Virus record (IMG/VR): IMGVR_UViG_3300042462_000689
Direction: 5' to 3' (one strand)
Origin: a virus
DNA: 64,000 nucleotides
This document shows positions 9,257-18,455 of the stretch, piece by piece (the stretch's first letter is position 1; the number at the start of each line of letters is the position of its first letter). The position numbers and the translations under genes are program-made. Under the pieces are notes generated by a model that made no database searches, had not been told where the DNA came from, and was given only the letters and a program-made list of their open reading frames with translations.

Positions 9257-9531
9257 GCATCTTCCGCCCGCATCGACAGCCGGCGCAATTGCTTTATGAT
9301 GTATTCGAGGCAGAGGCAAAGCACCGCAAAGACAAGACGGTAGAAGATTGGATCTTGGACGAGCGGGAGGTCGTCTGGCGCGCAGCCCGAGACTGGGCGC
9401 AGCAAAATGGGAAGCCAGTCCCCACGATGGAAATGGTGAAGAAGGCAGAGAGATACGCATGCGGGCACACGGACTACGGAGCCAAATGGGCGTATGCGCT
9501 GGTGGAGGAAATGCAGAAGCAGGAATTATAA
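9253..9531 (+). CDS. hypothetical protein
   Basis: 92-aa ORF, GTGA overlap. Confidence 0.65.
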   Translation: MSIFRPHRQPAQLLYDVFEAEAKHRKDKTVEDWILDEREVVWRAARDWAQQNGKPVPTMEMVKKAERYACGHTDYGAKWAYALVEEMQKQEL

Positions 9532-9535
9532 GCAA

Positions 9536-9772
9536 ATGACTGACGAAGAAAATCAAAAGCTAGTCCTGAATTTACGCCATGCTGTGGTATGCATGCGCCG
9601 TAATGCGGCGGAACTGAAAAGCGGAGAGGGATACTCATTCCCGCAATTGCAACCGCAGAGAGATGCGTCTGCTGGGACACTGGAGTTTTGGGCTGGAGAG
9701 CTGGAACGCATGATCCCTACAACTCAGCCCGAGATCACCCGCGACCCTCCCCCAAATGCCCCGGTCGAGTGA
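9536..9772 (+). CDS. hypothetical protein
   Basis: 78-aa ORF; 3' end overlaps terminase 3' end on the opposite strand. Confidence 0.55.
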   Translation: MTDEENQKLVLNLRHAVVCMRRNAAELKSGEGYSFPQLQPQRDASAGTLEFWAGELERMIPTTQPEITRDPPPNAPVE

Positions 9773-11643
9773 ACGCCCGTCTTGAAATTGCGCTGCATCT
9801 CCAATTGCAACCCGCGGTCGAGCAGCAGAGGCTCGCCCATAATCAGCCGCCCCAACACGATGGCGAAATTCAGGGCATGGAGGGTGTCGTCGGGCTTTGA
9901 GCCGGAGCGGATGTAGCGGAAGGACTGCTGGCCGGCGGAGAGGTCACCAGGGGCGCGGTACATGTTCAGCAGATCGGAGAGGCAGGGCTTGGCCTCCTCC
10001 CATCGGTAGCAGCTCAGGCGCGAAGCATTGCGGATGACATCAAACAGGAACGTGATGCTCTCATTGCGGTTGATGCTGTAGTGGTTCGTCATCGAGGTGC
10101 TGGCGGGCCGCGCGACCATCGGGGAGCCGGGAGGAAGGGCGTAGCCCAGTGCGTAATGGCTGGATGCCAGCACGCCCTCCTCCTTGCGGAGCAGCAGATT
10201 GTAGGTGGCGCCGGCCGAGAAATCCGAGGCGATGAAACTGCCATGCCCGCGCTTGTGGGCCTGGGCGATTTTATGGAGGATGACGTCGTAGGCCATGCCT
10301 GCGTATTTAGACATGCTGATGATTTCCATCTTGTTGTAGGCCGTCAGCCCGAGCATGACGTGCACGGTGTAGGACTGCTTGGTCTTGTCCGCGGGATTCC
10401 AGTCGCTACCGCCCCAGTCAATTCCTGAAACCACATGGCGGTATCCTCCCTGCTGTGCACGGGCCAGCCTGCGCTCCGAGGTTTCCTCGGGATTGCAGAT
10501 GTCCTCCAAATCTTTCTCTGAGATTTCCCGCAGGCCGTCCTCGCTGGGGATGCCCATTACTTCCTGCATCCATTTCTTTACCTGCCCCATCTGGGTGTAG
10601 TCCTTCAGAGACTGGAACAGCGGGATCCACTGGATGGGATCGACTACGAACTCGGAAATCAGAATCTGCGGTATGTGGTAGGATTTGAATCCGGCCTCTG
10701 CGCGACCGGGATGCGCATGCACATACTCACCATCCTCCATGTTGAGTATCTTGCCTGTGTGCGGACAGGTGGGGCCTTCCACCTGGATGATGGGTAAGAT
10801 TTCTTCCGGGTCGCCGCAGTTGACCCAGTGCTTCCCGTCCGGACAGCGGACGTGCCATGTGCCCATGCTGCCCTGCTGAAACTTCGTTTCGAGCGCGGAA
10901 TCGAGCGTGAGTGAGGTGCCTGCAAACGTCTTGCACTTCAATGATTTCGATCTCAGCACCTGCTCGACTTCAGGCAGCAAATTCACATCGAACCCCTGAA
11001 ATTCGTCAAAAAGCAAATCAGATCCGGTCTTTCCGCGCGCATCTGAGGCGGTAGTAGCCACGCGCACCAACTCGATGAGTGACTGGTTCGGATACTCTTT
11101 CAGGTTCAGATTAGACCGATACCCCTTGGGCGTAGAATGGTATCGAAAGCAGCGCTCCATCTCGCGCAGCTTGGTCGCGTACGTGCGCATGTGCTGGGTG
11201 TGAGGTGCCACGTAGATGGATCGAAATCCTGGAAGCAAATGGGTCAGCACCAGCTGTCGTGCACTGAATGTGGTCGACTTGGAAACCTGCCGGCTTGCTC
11301 GAATCGTGGTCTCTCCACCGGAGTTGATCTCCGTCATTACGAACGCAAATGGTCGATTCAGAAGGGACAGCGGCCTGCGCAGAGGAGCGGCGGGAGTCCC
11401 CAACTCCACGGCATCTGGATCTTCAGGCAAAGACTCAATCGCCTCCGGAAAGAAATAAGGCAGGATCGGCCCGCAGTTGTAGTCGCATTTGCGGAAGATG
11501 TCCTGGATGATGCGGGCGGCCTCCGGGCTGTAGGGAGCCCCATCGCCAAGCTGCGCCTCCAATTGGATCATCTCCTGACTGAGACGATCCAATTCATTGA
11601 CGAACTTCGCATTCGTCAGTAATTCATGGTACAAGTCGAACAT
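9724..11643 (-). CDS. terL: terminase large subunit
   Basis: RASRQVSKST Walker A variant, LLFDEFQ Walker B, SGIDWG nuclease motif, C-terminal DDTLHA; GAGGTG SD-like sequence 6 nt before ATG 11643. Confidence 0.85.
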   Translation of the reverse strand: MFDLYHELLTNAKFVNELDRLSQEMIQLEAQLGDGAPYSPEAARIIQDIFRKCDYNCGPILPYFFPEAIESLPEDPDAVELGTPAAPLRRPLSLLNRPFAFVMTEINSGGETTIRASRQVSKSTTFSARQLVLTHLLPGFRSIYVAPHTQHMRTYATKLREMERCFRYHSTPKGYRSNLNLKEYPNQSLIELVRVATTASDARGKTGSDLLFDEFQGFDVNLLPEVEQVLRSKSLKCKTFAGTSLTLDSALETKFQQGSMGTWHVRCPDGKHWVNCGDPEEILPIIQVEGPTCPHTGKILNMEDGEYVHAHPGRAEAGFKSYHIPQILISEFVVDPIQWIPLFQSLKDYTQMGQVKKWMQEVMGIPSEDGLREISEKDLEDICNPEETSERRLARAQQGGYRHVVSGIDWGGSDWNPADKTKQSYTVHVMLGLTAYNKMEIISMSKYAGMAYDVILHKIAQAHKRGHGSFIASDFSAGATYNLLLRKEEGVLASSHYALGYALPPGSPMVARPASTSMTNHYSINRNESITFLFDVIRNASRLSCYRWEEAKPCLSDLLNMYRAPGDLSAGQQSFRYIRSGSKPDDTLHALNFAIVLGRLIMGEPLLLDRGLQLEMQRNFKTGVHSTGAFGGGSRVISG

Positions 11644-11747
11644 GCCATCCACCTCACCGCAATCACTCCGCAAAGTCAAACCCGGCCAATTCCCGGCCGT
11701 CCGCTTCGGAACCGTCCCAACACTCAAACCAAAAACAATTGAACCAA

Positions 11748-12242
11748 ATGCCATCATCGAATCCGGCGACCACATCGCCGAGCCCGTCCCCGCAAGACCC
11801 GAAGGAAGCGCAGCCCAGCGGCGCGCCGACCGCTACAACTAATTGGGATTACCTCTGGAAGACGCCGGGGCCTCGAAAGCCCCGCCCCAAGGAAATCGCC
11901 AAACGCTACCCACGCCTGATGGCTGCCATCGGCGCTGCCATGAAGCGCTACGCGGAGGATCCTGCCACGCCGCCGGTCAGTTCCATTATCCTGGAGCCTG
12001 ACGACCTGCATCTGGATTTCCGCATCAGCCTGCGCACCGCAGACGGCACCACCAAGACCATCAAAGGCGACACCATCCTGCCGGACATCTTCGCCGTCAT
12101 GCAAATGCCGGGGGCCGTCAATAATTTCGAGGTCATCCTGCATCAGCTCGCCGTGAACCCGACACAGACGCGGTTCCAGTCGCTGCTGCAGGCCCGCGTG
12201 CAAGTCGAACAAACTCCGAATGACAGAATTCTGGGCTCTTGA
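11748..12242 (+). CDS. hypothetical protein divergent from terL
   Basis: 164-aa ORF with A/C-rich leader; Pro-rich N-terminus. Confidence 0.7.
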   Translation: MPSSNPATTSPSPSPQDPKEAQPSGAPTATTNWDYLWKTPGPRKPRPKEIAKRYPRLMAAIGAAMKRYAEDPATPPVSSIILEPDDLHLDFRISLRTADGTTKTIKGDTILPDIFAVMQMPGAVNNFEVILHQLAVNPTQTRFQSLLQARVQVEQTPNDRILGS

Positions 12243-12429
12243 AGAAAGGGCAGCCCGGCTGCTTCAATTGGAAGAGATCGCCGAGGGATTGCGGAATCTG
12301 GATTGGTGTATCGGATACGAATTAACCGAAGCGCAGCATGTCGAATTGGACGATCTGCGCACAAAAGCCTTTGAACTAATGAATAAAACAAATGAGTGCA
12401 GCACCAACAACAGAATCCCACGCCACTGA
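12220..12429 (+). CDS. small hypothetical protein
   Basis: 69-aa helical acidic ORF overlapping both neighbours. Confidence 0.55.
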   Translation: MTEFWALEERAARLLQLEEIAEGLRNLDWCIGYELTEAQHVELDDLRTKAFELMNKTNECSTNNRIPRH

Positions 12430-13192
12430 ATGCCATCGGCAGATCGCCGCCAATTACCCCCAAAAACCAGAGCACGAGTTCTTCATCCTCTCCGACGGCA
12501 GCGGCTACATTGACGGCTTCGCCGGTGCGGCCGTCATAGTCTACAGCCCTCAGCATTGCTTCTGCGATCTGAGCACCATTGCATGGTCCGGCGGGGACAC
12601 GGAGAGAGCAGAGTTTGAAGGGCTGCTGGCAGGTCTGCAGGGTATCATGAATCGTTGCAAATGGGACAATGGCGATGATTTCCAGATGCTGCGGATGAAG
12701 CGTCCGCTGGTGCATTGGTTGACGGACAGAGAATCGCTGGCCCTGGCCGTCGCCAGGAAGCCCGACGGCTCCACTTTCTACCGCCGCAAATCCACCCCTG
12801 ACCTATGGGCCCGGTTCGAGTGGTATGAGGCGATGTTCCGCATCACGCCGCATTACGAGTCCCGCAATGCCACGCCGGTGTTCCGCCTTATTGATCGGAT
12901 GGCCTCGGACATGCGCGAGATGATGCAGCGGTATGCCGCAGCCTGGCCGCAGGATTTGAAATGGATGAGCGGCTACGAGAAAATATGGAAGGCGCCGGAA
13001 TTGTTCGAGACGCACGTGGATGCCATGATCACCGCGCTCACGCCGATAGATCATATTGATGCCGAGAGGGAATCTCAGATGCTGGCGATCCTGGGCGCGG
13101 ATGTGTATCCAATCGTCTTGCAGACCGCCCGGAACGAAATTGCAAATGCGCCAATTGAGCGCCAGCACAAAACAAACAAACCATTGTTATGA
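12392..13192 (+). CDS. rnhA: RNase H (HI-like) family protein
   Basis: ILSDGSG, TERAEFEGLL and WLTDRES carry the D/E/D catalytic pattern. Confidence 0.75.
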   Translation: MSAAPTTESHATECHRQIAANYPQKPEHEFFILSDGSGYIDGFAGAAVIVYSPQHCFCDLSTIAWSGGDTERAEFEGLLAGLQGIMNRCKWDNGDDFQMLRMKRPLVHWLTDRESLALAVARKPDGSTFYRRKSTPDLWARFEWYEAMFRITPHYESRNATPVFRLIDRMASDMREMMQRYAAAWPQDLKWMSGYEKIWKAPELFETHVDAMITALTPIDHIDAERESQMLAILGADVYPIVLQTARNEIANAPIERQHKTNKPLL

Positions 13193-13851
13193 TCGCTACT
13201 GAAGTCCCTGATGATTTACCAGAAGACCAACCACACCATCCTGACAATCCCCCGGAGCTGGTGGAGAAGCTAGTAACCGAGAACATACGCCTGGTTTCCC
13301 ACATGCTGAAAGAATGGGGGGCGTTGCGTGGAGATTCGGAATATGACGATTTGTTCTCCGCGGGTATGCTTGGATTGTTCCACGTTAGCCGGCGGTTTGA
13401 TGTCAGCCGTGGATTCAAATTCAGCGCTATGGCCTGCCTAGCTATTCGCCGTGAGATGTGTAAAGTCTATACGGCCCGTCGGCGGCAAAAGCGCGGAGGC
13501 GGAAGACCCGACCTTTGCTTGCACACGTCCAATTCGGAACACGGAGGAATACCCCTGGAGGATCAATTGATCGACGAGCAGAATGTGGATGGGTTGCAGG
13601 CGTTGCTCAAAACAGATGACGTAGCGACTGTAATGAATTGTGTAATGAAACTCACGGAGTCGCAGCAAAAGTTCCTCGCGTTGCGATTCGGGATGGACGG
13701 AAAAGATCCACACACGTTGGTCGCGATCGGAATGCTATACGGAGTAACGGGCGCACGAGCCGGGCAACTGGAAAGCAAACTCTTAACGCGGTTGGCTTTC
13801 TTTATGAGGCAGGCGCAAAAAATTGACGAGACGGCGGAATGCCCATCCTGA
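13189..13851 (+). CDS. sigma-70 family RNA polymerase sigma factor
   Basis: Region 2 (ENIRLV...DDLFSAGMLGL...FDVSRGFKFS) and region 4 HTH (LALRFG...TLVAIG...VTGARAGQLE). Confidence 0.9.
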   Translation: MIATEVPDDLPEDQPHHPDNPPELVEKLVTENIRLVSHMLKEWGALRGDSEYDDLFSAGMLGLFHVSRRFDVSRGFKFSAMACLAIRREMCKVYTARRRQKRGGGRPDLCLHTSNSEHGGIPLEDQLIDEQNVDGLQALLKTDDVATVMNCVMKLTESQQKFLALRFGMDGKDPHTLVAIGMLYGVTGARAGQLESKLLTRLAFFMRQAQKIDETAECPS

Positions 13852-13861
13852 ATGAAACCAA

Positions 13862-14098
13862 ATGAGTAAATCCTATTACCTCGACTACTATCGGGAACTC
13901 TGCCCGAGCGAAGAGGGTTGGGTAATTGGGCAACTGGCCGAGGAGCGCATCGCTGCGGATAAGAAAGAAAAGGAGTTGTGTGCCTTGCTGATGCGAATCC
14001 GCGAAGACTACAACCATCCGTGGCCAAATGAGAATTCCGGCACACATAACCATCGCACGACAACCTTCAACGAAATCACGGCTGTCCTCGCAAAATAA
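13862..14098 (+). CDS. hypothetical protein
   Basis: 78-aa ORF, AAACCAAATG start context. Confidence 0.6.
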   Translation: MSKSYYLDYYRELCPSEEGWVIGQLAEERIAADKKEKELCALLMRIREDYNHPWPNENSGTHNHRTTTFNEITAVLAK

Positions 14099-14111
14099 AC
14101 ACCAAATCAAA

Positions 14112-15296
14112 ATGAGTAACAATACACAAATGCTGCCTGTCATGGCAGTCATGGGGGACACCCACCTCAGGTCGAGCCAATACGGACGCACTTACCGAGG
14201 CGAAGACTTCTTCAACGCCGTCATTTCAGCAATTGATGTGGCTTACGAAGCCGGCGTCAAAACCATTATCAACACCGGAGATCTGCATGACGTCAGCACC
14301 CCGGCATCGGCAGTCATCAACCAGCTCGTGCGGATCTGTCAGCACCTGAACAAAAAGCACATGACCATGTGGGTGATTCCTGGCAACCACGATCATTGCG
14401 AGCCAAGCTGGCTGTCCGTGCTTCAGCAGACGGCCGGGATGTTTGAGGGCGAACTGCCCATGCGGGCGCTGGTGGATACGTCCATAGCGATCGACAAAGC
14501 CGGACTGCATCGTCCAATTACCATCCATGGCATTTCCTGCCTCGCAGGCGACGCCATGCGGGAATTCCTGGCAGATCCCAAAGGCCCCAAAGCCGATTTC
14601 CTCGCATGGCACGGGATGGTGAAGGAATTCGCGGATTTCCCCAATGCGGACACCGTCTCCATTGCGGACTTTGAGGCCTGCCCGCGCTACCAGTCCATCC
14701 TGCTCGGGGACGTGCATGTGACGGACTACCGACGCTTCGGGCAACATGGCATCATCGGCTATCCCGGCTCCACGGAGCTGTGCAGCGCCACGGAGGCGAT
14801 GCAGAAATACATCGGTCTCGTTTACGTCAGTCCGGATTGCAGCCATCATGAAGTGCAGACGCTACCCATCATGACACGGAAGGTGCTGACGCTGCGTGCG
14901 GACACGGAGGAGATCTTCCAGAAGATGCTGGTCGAGCAGGTCATCCCGACCAAGGCGGAGAAGCCCATGATCTTCTTCAAATACAATCCAAACATCCTGG
15001 ACTGCATGCCGCGTCTATTTGCGGCAGCCAATCCGGATTCGATCGTACGCGGCACGGCGATTGCATTTGATGTGTCGCGTCCAAATGTTGAAACCGGGGA
15101 GAACGAAGAAGCCCCGCAGGCCTATACCCAGGAGCAGACCCGCGCAAATCTGGAGGGACTGCTCACGCAATTCGTCCCTCCAAACTTCAAAGACCTGCAC
15201 ACGCTGGCAATGAAGCTCATGGACCCGGAGGCGAAGGCCACATCACTGCTGACGGACTACGTCGGCGCAAAACTCAGCAAATCGAACGCACAATGA
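14112..15296 (+). CDS. sbcD: SbcD/Mre11-like metallophosphoesterase nuclease
   Basis: GDTH, TGDLHD, PGNHD, AWH, GDVH and YPGS motifs. Confidence 0.88.
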   Translation: MSNNTQMLPVMAVMGDTHLRSSQYGRTYRGEDFFNAVISAIDVAYEAGVKTIINTGDLHDVSTPASAVINQLVRICQHLNKKHMTMWVIPGNHDHCEPSWLSVLQQTAGMFEGELPMRALVDTSIAIDKAGLHRPITIHGISCLAGDAMREFLADPKGPKADFLAWHGMVKEFADFPNADTVSIADFEACPRYQSILLGDVHVTDYRRFGQHGIIGYPGSTELCSATEAMQKYIGLVYVSPDCSHHEVQTLPIMTRKVLTLRADTEEIFQKMLVEQVIPTKAEKPMIFFKYNPNILDCMPRLFAAANPDSIVRGTAIAFDVSRPNVETGENEEAPQAYTQEQTRANLEGLLTQFVPPNFKDLHTLAMKLMDPEAKATSLLTDYVGAKLSKSNAQ

Positions 15297-15796
15297 AACC
15301 TACTAAAGAAATCACCACCGGCGAGAAGATCATCGACTCGCGCGACGTCATTGCGCGAATTGATGAATTGCGCGGGGAACTGGATGCGCTGGTTTCCAGT
15401 GTGACTTCGGTGGCAAACTCCGAGGATAGGGAAGCCGCACGGGAGCCGCTCGCCGACTGGTTGGGTATCGCAGTAGACGAGCTACCAGAGGACATTGACG
15501 CCTTTGCGCCAAAGCTGTACGGTGCTTACTACAAAAGCGATGAAGCGCATGAGCTGGCCGCCTTGGAAGCCCTGCAAAGCCAGTGCAATTATGGAGACTG
15601 GCGACACGGAGAGTCGCTCATCCGCGACGACTACTTCGAGGAATACGCCGAAGAGCTGGCCTCGGACATCGGAGCAATTGACCGAAATGCCAACTGGCCG
15701 ATGAACCACATCGACTGGAAGGCGGCAGCAGCGGAACTGACCCAGGACTACACCCTCGTCTCCTTTGACGGGACGGATTACTGGATTCGGGCGTAA
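15293..15796 (+). CDS. acidic protein, possible ArdA-like antirestriction protein
   Basis: Acidic; C-terminal YFEEYAEELASD...HIDWKAAAAELTQDY recalls the ArdA C-terminal domain. Confidence 0.5.
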   Translation: MKPTKEITTGEKIIDSRDVIARIDELRGELDALVSSVTSVANSEDREAAREPLADWLGIAVDELPEDIDAFAPKLYGAYYKSDEAHELAALEALQSQCNYGDWRHGESLIRDDYFEEYAEELASDIGAIDRNANWPMNHIDWKAAAAELTQDYTLVSFDGTDYWIRA

Positions 15797-15809
15797 CCCA
15801 ACACACCAA

Positions 15810-16307
15810 ATGACTGACAAAAAAGACAAACAAGCACGACTCCGCGACCGCATCGCTACCTGCGTAGTGGAATCTCAGGATGGAAGACCAGATCGCGCAA
15901 TTCAACAGGCGACCGACCACGGACGTTTAGACTGGGCAATTGAAGGACTCAATTCGATCCTTGGGGGCATAATCCTGGACATCCTAGAAACGGACGACGC
16001 GCAAAAAGCCATTGATGATTTGACCTATTGCTCCCAACAGCTGGCCCGTGCGGCGCATGCGATCAACAAGGAGTTCCTCGCAAATCCACCAGAGGAGGAA
16101 GAGGACGCACGCAAATACAATGTCTTCCATCGGACCTGGTGGATTGAAAATCCAAGCTGGCCGAATGGCAGGGAGCCCGGCGCAGGAAAGAAGCATTACC
16201 TCGCCGAGGATGTGAGCTACGCAATTGCGCGAGCGATGTGCAAGGAATGGAACGACGAACACGATCCCGGTCCGCTGAGCGATAAGGCGGAATTCGAGGA
16301 AGCCTAA
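15810..16307 (+). CDS. hypothetical protein
   Basis: 165-aa ORF after ACACCAA leader. Confidence 0.7.
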   Translation: MTDKKDKQARLRDRIATCVVESQDGRPDRAIQQATDHGRLDWAIEGLNSILGGIILDILETDDAQKAIDDLTYCSQQLARAAHAINKEFLANPPEEEEDARKYNVFHRTWWIENPSWPNGREPGAGKKHYLAEDVSYAIARAMCKEWNDEHDPGPLSDKAEFEEA

Positions 16308-16319
16308 AATCAAAAACAA

Positions 16320-17021
16320 ATGAGTGAGAAAAAAGACGAGCGAGCGAAAGACCAGGCAAAGGCCCAATTGGCCAGCATCCGCGAAATGGTCGCGGCGCTG
16401 GACCGCGAGACGGCGGCAAAGGCCTACGTCAAAGGACTGACCAAAGCCCAAATCATTGACCTAATCAAAGATGAGGAGGGAATGGGCTGCAATAACGATC
16501 GCGATGAGGATGATCTGCGCGAGGAGCTGACGGATAAAATCACCGACAAGACCATTGAACCGGCTGATTTCGAGTTCGATGAGGAGGAGGAGGCCCGAGA
16601 GACGGCGGCAAAGGCCTACGTCAAAGGACTGAACAAAACCCAAATCATTGACTTAATCAAAGATGAGGATGATCTGCGCGAGGAGTTGACGGATAAAATC
16701 ATCGACGAGACCATTGAACCGGCTGATTTCGAGTTCGATGAGGAGGAGGCCCGAGAGCGAATTCAGGAAGACCCGCTGTCCGTGCAAATGCGATCCGGGT
16801 GGTGCTACAGCAAGGAGGACATGGAGCCTGAGGAATACACGATCCTACTTTGCACGGGTGGGCCTGCCTGTCGGATCATCGGGAATTTGGATCGTGGGGA
16901 GCCTTGCTCTGCACGCCTGGAATATCAGGATTGGTTCACTCGCTGGGAACCTTATTGCATGGATCAGGAAGAAGAGAACGACGTCATCAAATATGCCCGG
17001 CAATTCTGGTTCGGAGAATGA
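16320..17021 (+). CDS. acidic hypothetical protein with internal duplication
   Basis: 233 aa, contains two copies of a ~55-64-aa unit. Confidence 0.75.
   Translation: MSEKKDERAKDQAKAQLASIREMVAALDRETAAKAYVKGLTKAQIIDLIKDEEGMGCNNDRDEDDLREELTDKITDKTIEPADFEFDEEEEARETAAKAYVKGLNKTQIIDLIKDEDDLREELTDKIIDETIEPADFEFDEEEARERIQEDPLSVQMRSGWCYSKEDMEPEEYTILLCTGGPACRIIGNLDRGEPCSARLEYQDWFTRWEPYCMDQEEENDVIKYARQFWFGE
16407..16757 (+). repeat. in-frame tandem duplication
   Basis: Copy 1 ~16407-16598 and copy 2 ~16599-16757 are near-identical; copy 2 lacks about 33 nt. Confidence 0.9.
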
Positions 17022-17031
17022 CCTACACCCA

Positions 17032-17322
17032 ATGACCACGAAACAATTCATCAAGAAATTCCCAGACTCGGAGATCAACGCGAACTGCCTGCAGGACATG
17101 GCATGCCCGCAGTGTGGCGCCCGTGGAGGATTCAATATCCAATTTACCGGCACATGCACTGTTTACGATGACTGCACTGAGGAAGCCGGAGATCATGAAT
17201 GGGACAACGACTCGGACTGCATCTGCAATAGCTGCGACCGGGCCTCCTCCGTCAAATACTTCATCATTGAAGGACTGGATGATGCCCTGCGAGAACGCCA
17301 GAAAACTGAAATACCAGAATGA
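17032..17322 (+). CDS. Zn-finger hypothetical protein
   Basis: CPQC...CNSC motif, 96 aa. Confidence 0.7.
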   Translation: MTTKQFIKKFPDSEINANCLQDMACPQCGARGGFNIQFTGTCTVYDDCTEEAGDHEWDNDSDCICNSCDRASSVKYFIIEGLDDALRERQKTEIPE

Positions 17323-18455
17323 CCACCCCAGAACACCCCAGCCTCACCCGTGCCCGTGAGCTAGCACATGATTCAGGCTCAACCGCAGAGACGGCAAAAG
17401 GAATATGCCGCTGGTTGTCCTCCCGTTACGGCACCAGGTATCAGCGATGGCTGGAACGCCTACCCAAACAGACCACGAAACAATACCTGAAGGCCGAGCG
17501 TGAACGCACAACAGATCCGGAAGCCAAGCGTGCAAGACATGATGTGAAATTCAGGAAAAAATACCTGCTACAATTGCGCCGCCGGGAACTGAAAGCCAAG
17601 CGCAGCACAGCCCATACACTCAGAGGCGTGACCGCATGGATGGACTCCTTCAATGCCCGGAAATCGGAGATGCGGGAGATTGCACGGCTGCGCGCCATCA
17701 TCAAAAGGCATGGCGTCGCCATCCCGCAATTGATCGCAGAGGCCCCCGGCACCCTAGTCATTGGATTCGATGCGGACTTCGCCCGAAAGCGCGGAGTGCC
17801 GAACATCTGCATGGTTGGTAAAGAGGCCACGCTGACTGCCACGAAGAAATCCTCCTACGGAATTCATTGCGAAGCCACACCAAGCACCTGTGATCATCGT
17901 GGGCGCTGGAGTGGATATGAAAGAGCAACACACAGCAACTACGTCCGCTCCTTCGGCATCATCGATCGGAAAAATCCAAGGCTGCTCCATTACGCATTCC
18001 ACACCACGGAACTGCATTTGGAATTGCCGGAAGGATACCAATGGCAGGAGGACAGCCTCGGGCTGAAGGCAGTCTGCGGTCCGGATGACTTCCATGTGAC
18101 GGCTCCGATTTTATTGGGAGCAAATGCCGTCGGCGACATCGTAAGGCACCTGCAGGACAATGCCAATCGGCGCAACCTGATGAAAGCGCAGATGGCTGCG
18201 GAGAAGGCGCACGTGGAAGGCGTCTGGGTCTGCCTCGCGGATGCTTTGCGTGCGGGCAATTGCAAAGCCGGCTGCCTGGCCTTCGCGGAGCGGCATCATA
18301 TCAGCGCCTCAAGGCACTACCCGGCGCCGGTGCTGCTAGACATGGCAAATGGTGAAGCAGGGCGGGTGAGGCTGGCAATTACTGCGGCTTCCATCCGACA
18401 CAGAAAAGAAATGGAGCAGGGATTCGCCCTACTCGAAGAACATATCACAAATTGA
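17319..18455 (+). CDS. hypothetical protein
   Basis: 378-aa ORF, ATGA overlap. Confidence 0.75.
   Translation: MTTPEHPSLTRARELAHDSGSTAETAKGICRWLSSRYGTRYQRWLERLPKQTTKQYLKAERERTTDPEAKRARHDVKFRKKYLLQLRRRELKAKRSTAHTLRGVTAWMDSFNARKSEMREIARLRAIIKRHGVAIPQLIAEAPGTLVIGFDADFARKRGVPNICMVGKEATLTATKKSSYGIHCEATPSTCDHRGRWSGYERATHSNYVRSFGIIDRKNPRLLHYAFHTTELHLELPEGYQWQEDSLGLKAVCGPDDFHVTAPILLGANAVGDIVRHLQDNANRRNLMKAQMAAEKAHVEGVWVCLADALRAGNCKAGCLAFAERHHISASRHYPAPVLLDMANGEAGRVRLAITAASIRHRKEMEQGFALLEEHITN

Noticed and set aside
11674-11679. TTGACT as a -35 box for terL
   Set aside because: The matching -10 position (TGAGGT) is a poor match and better explained as the SD sequence.
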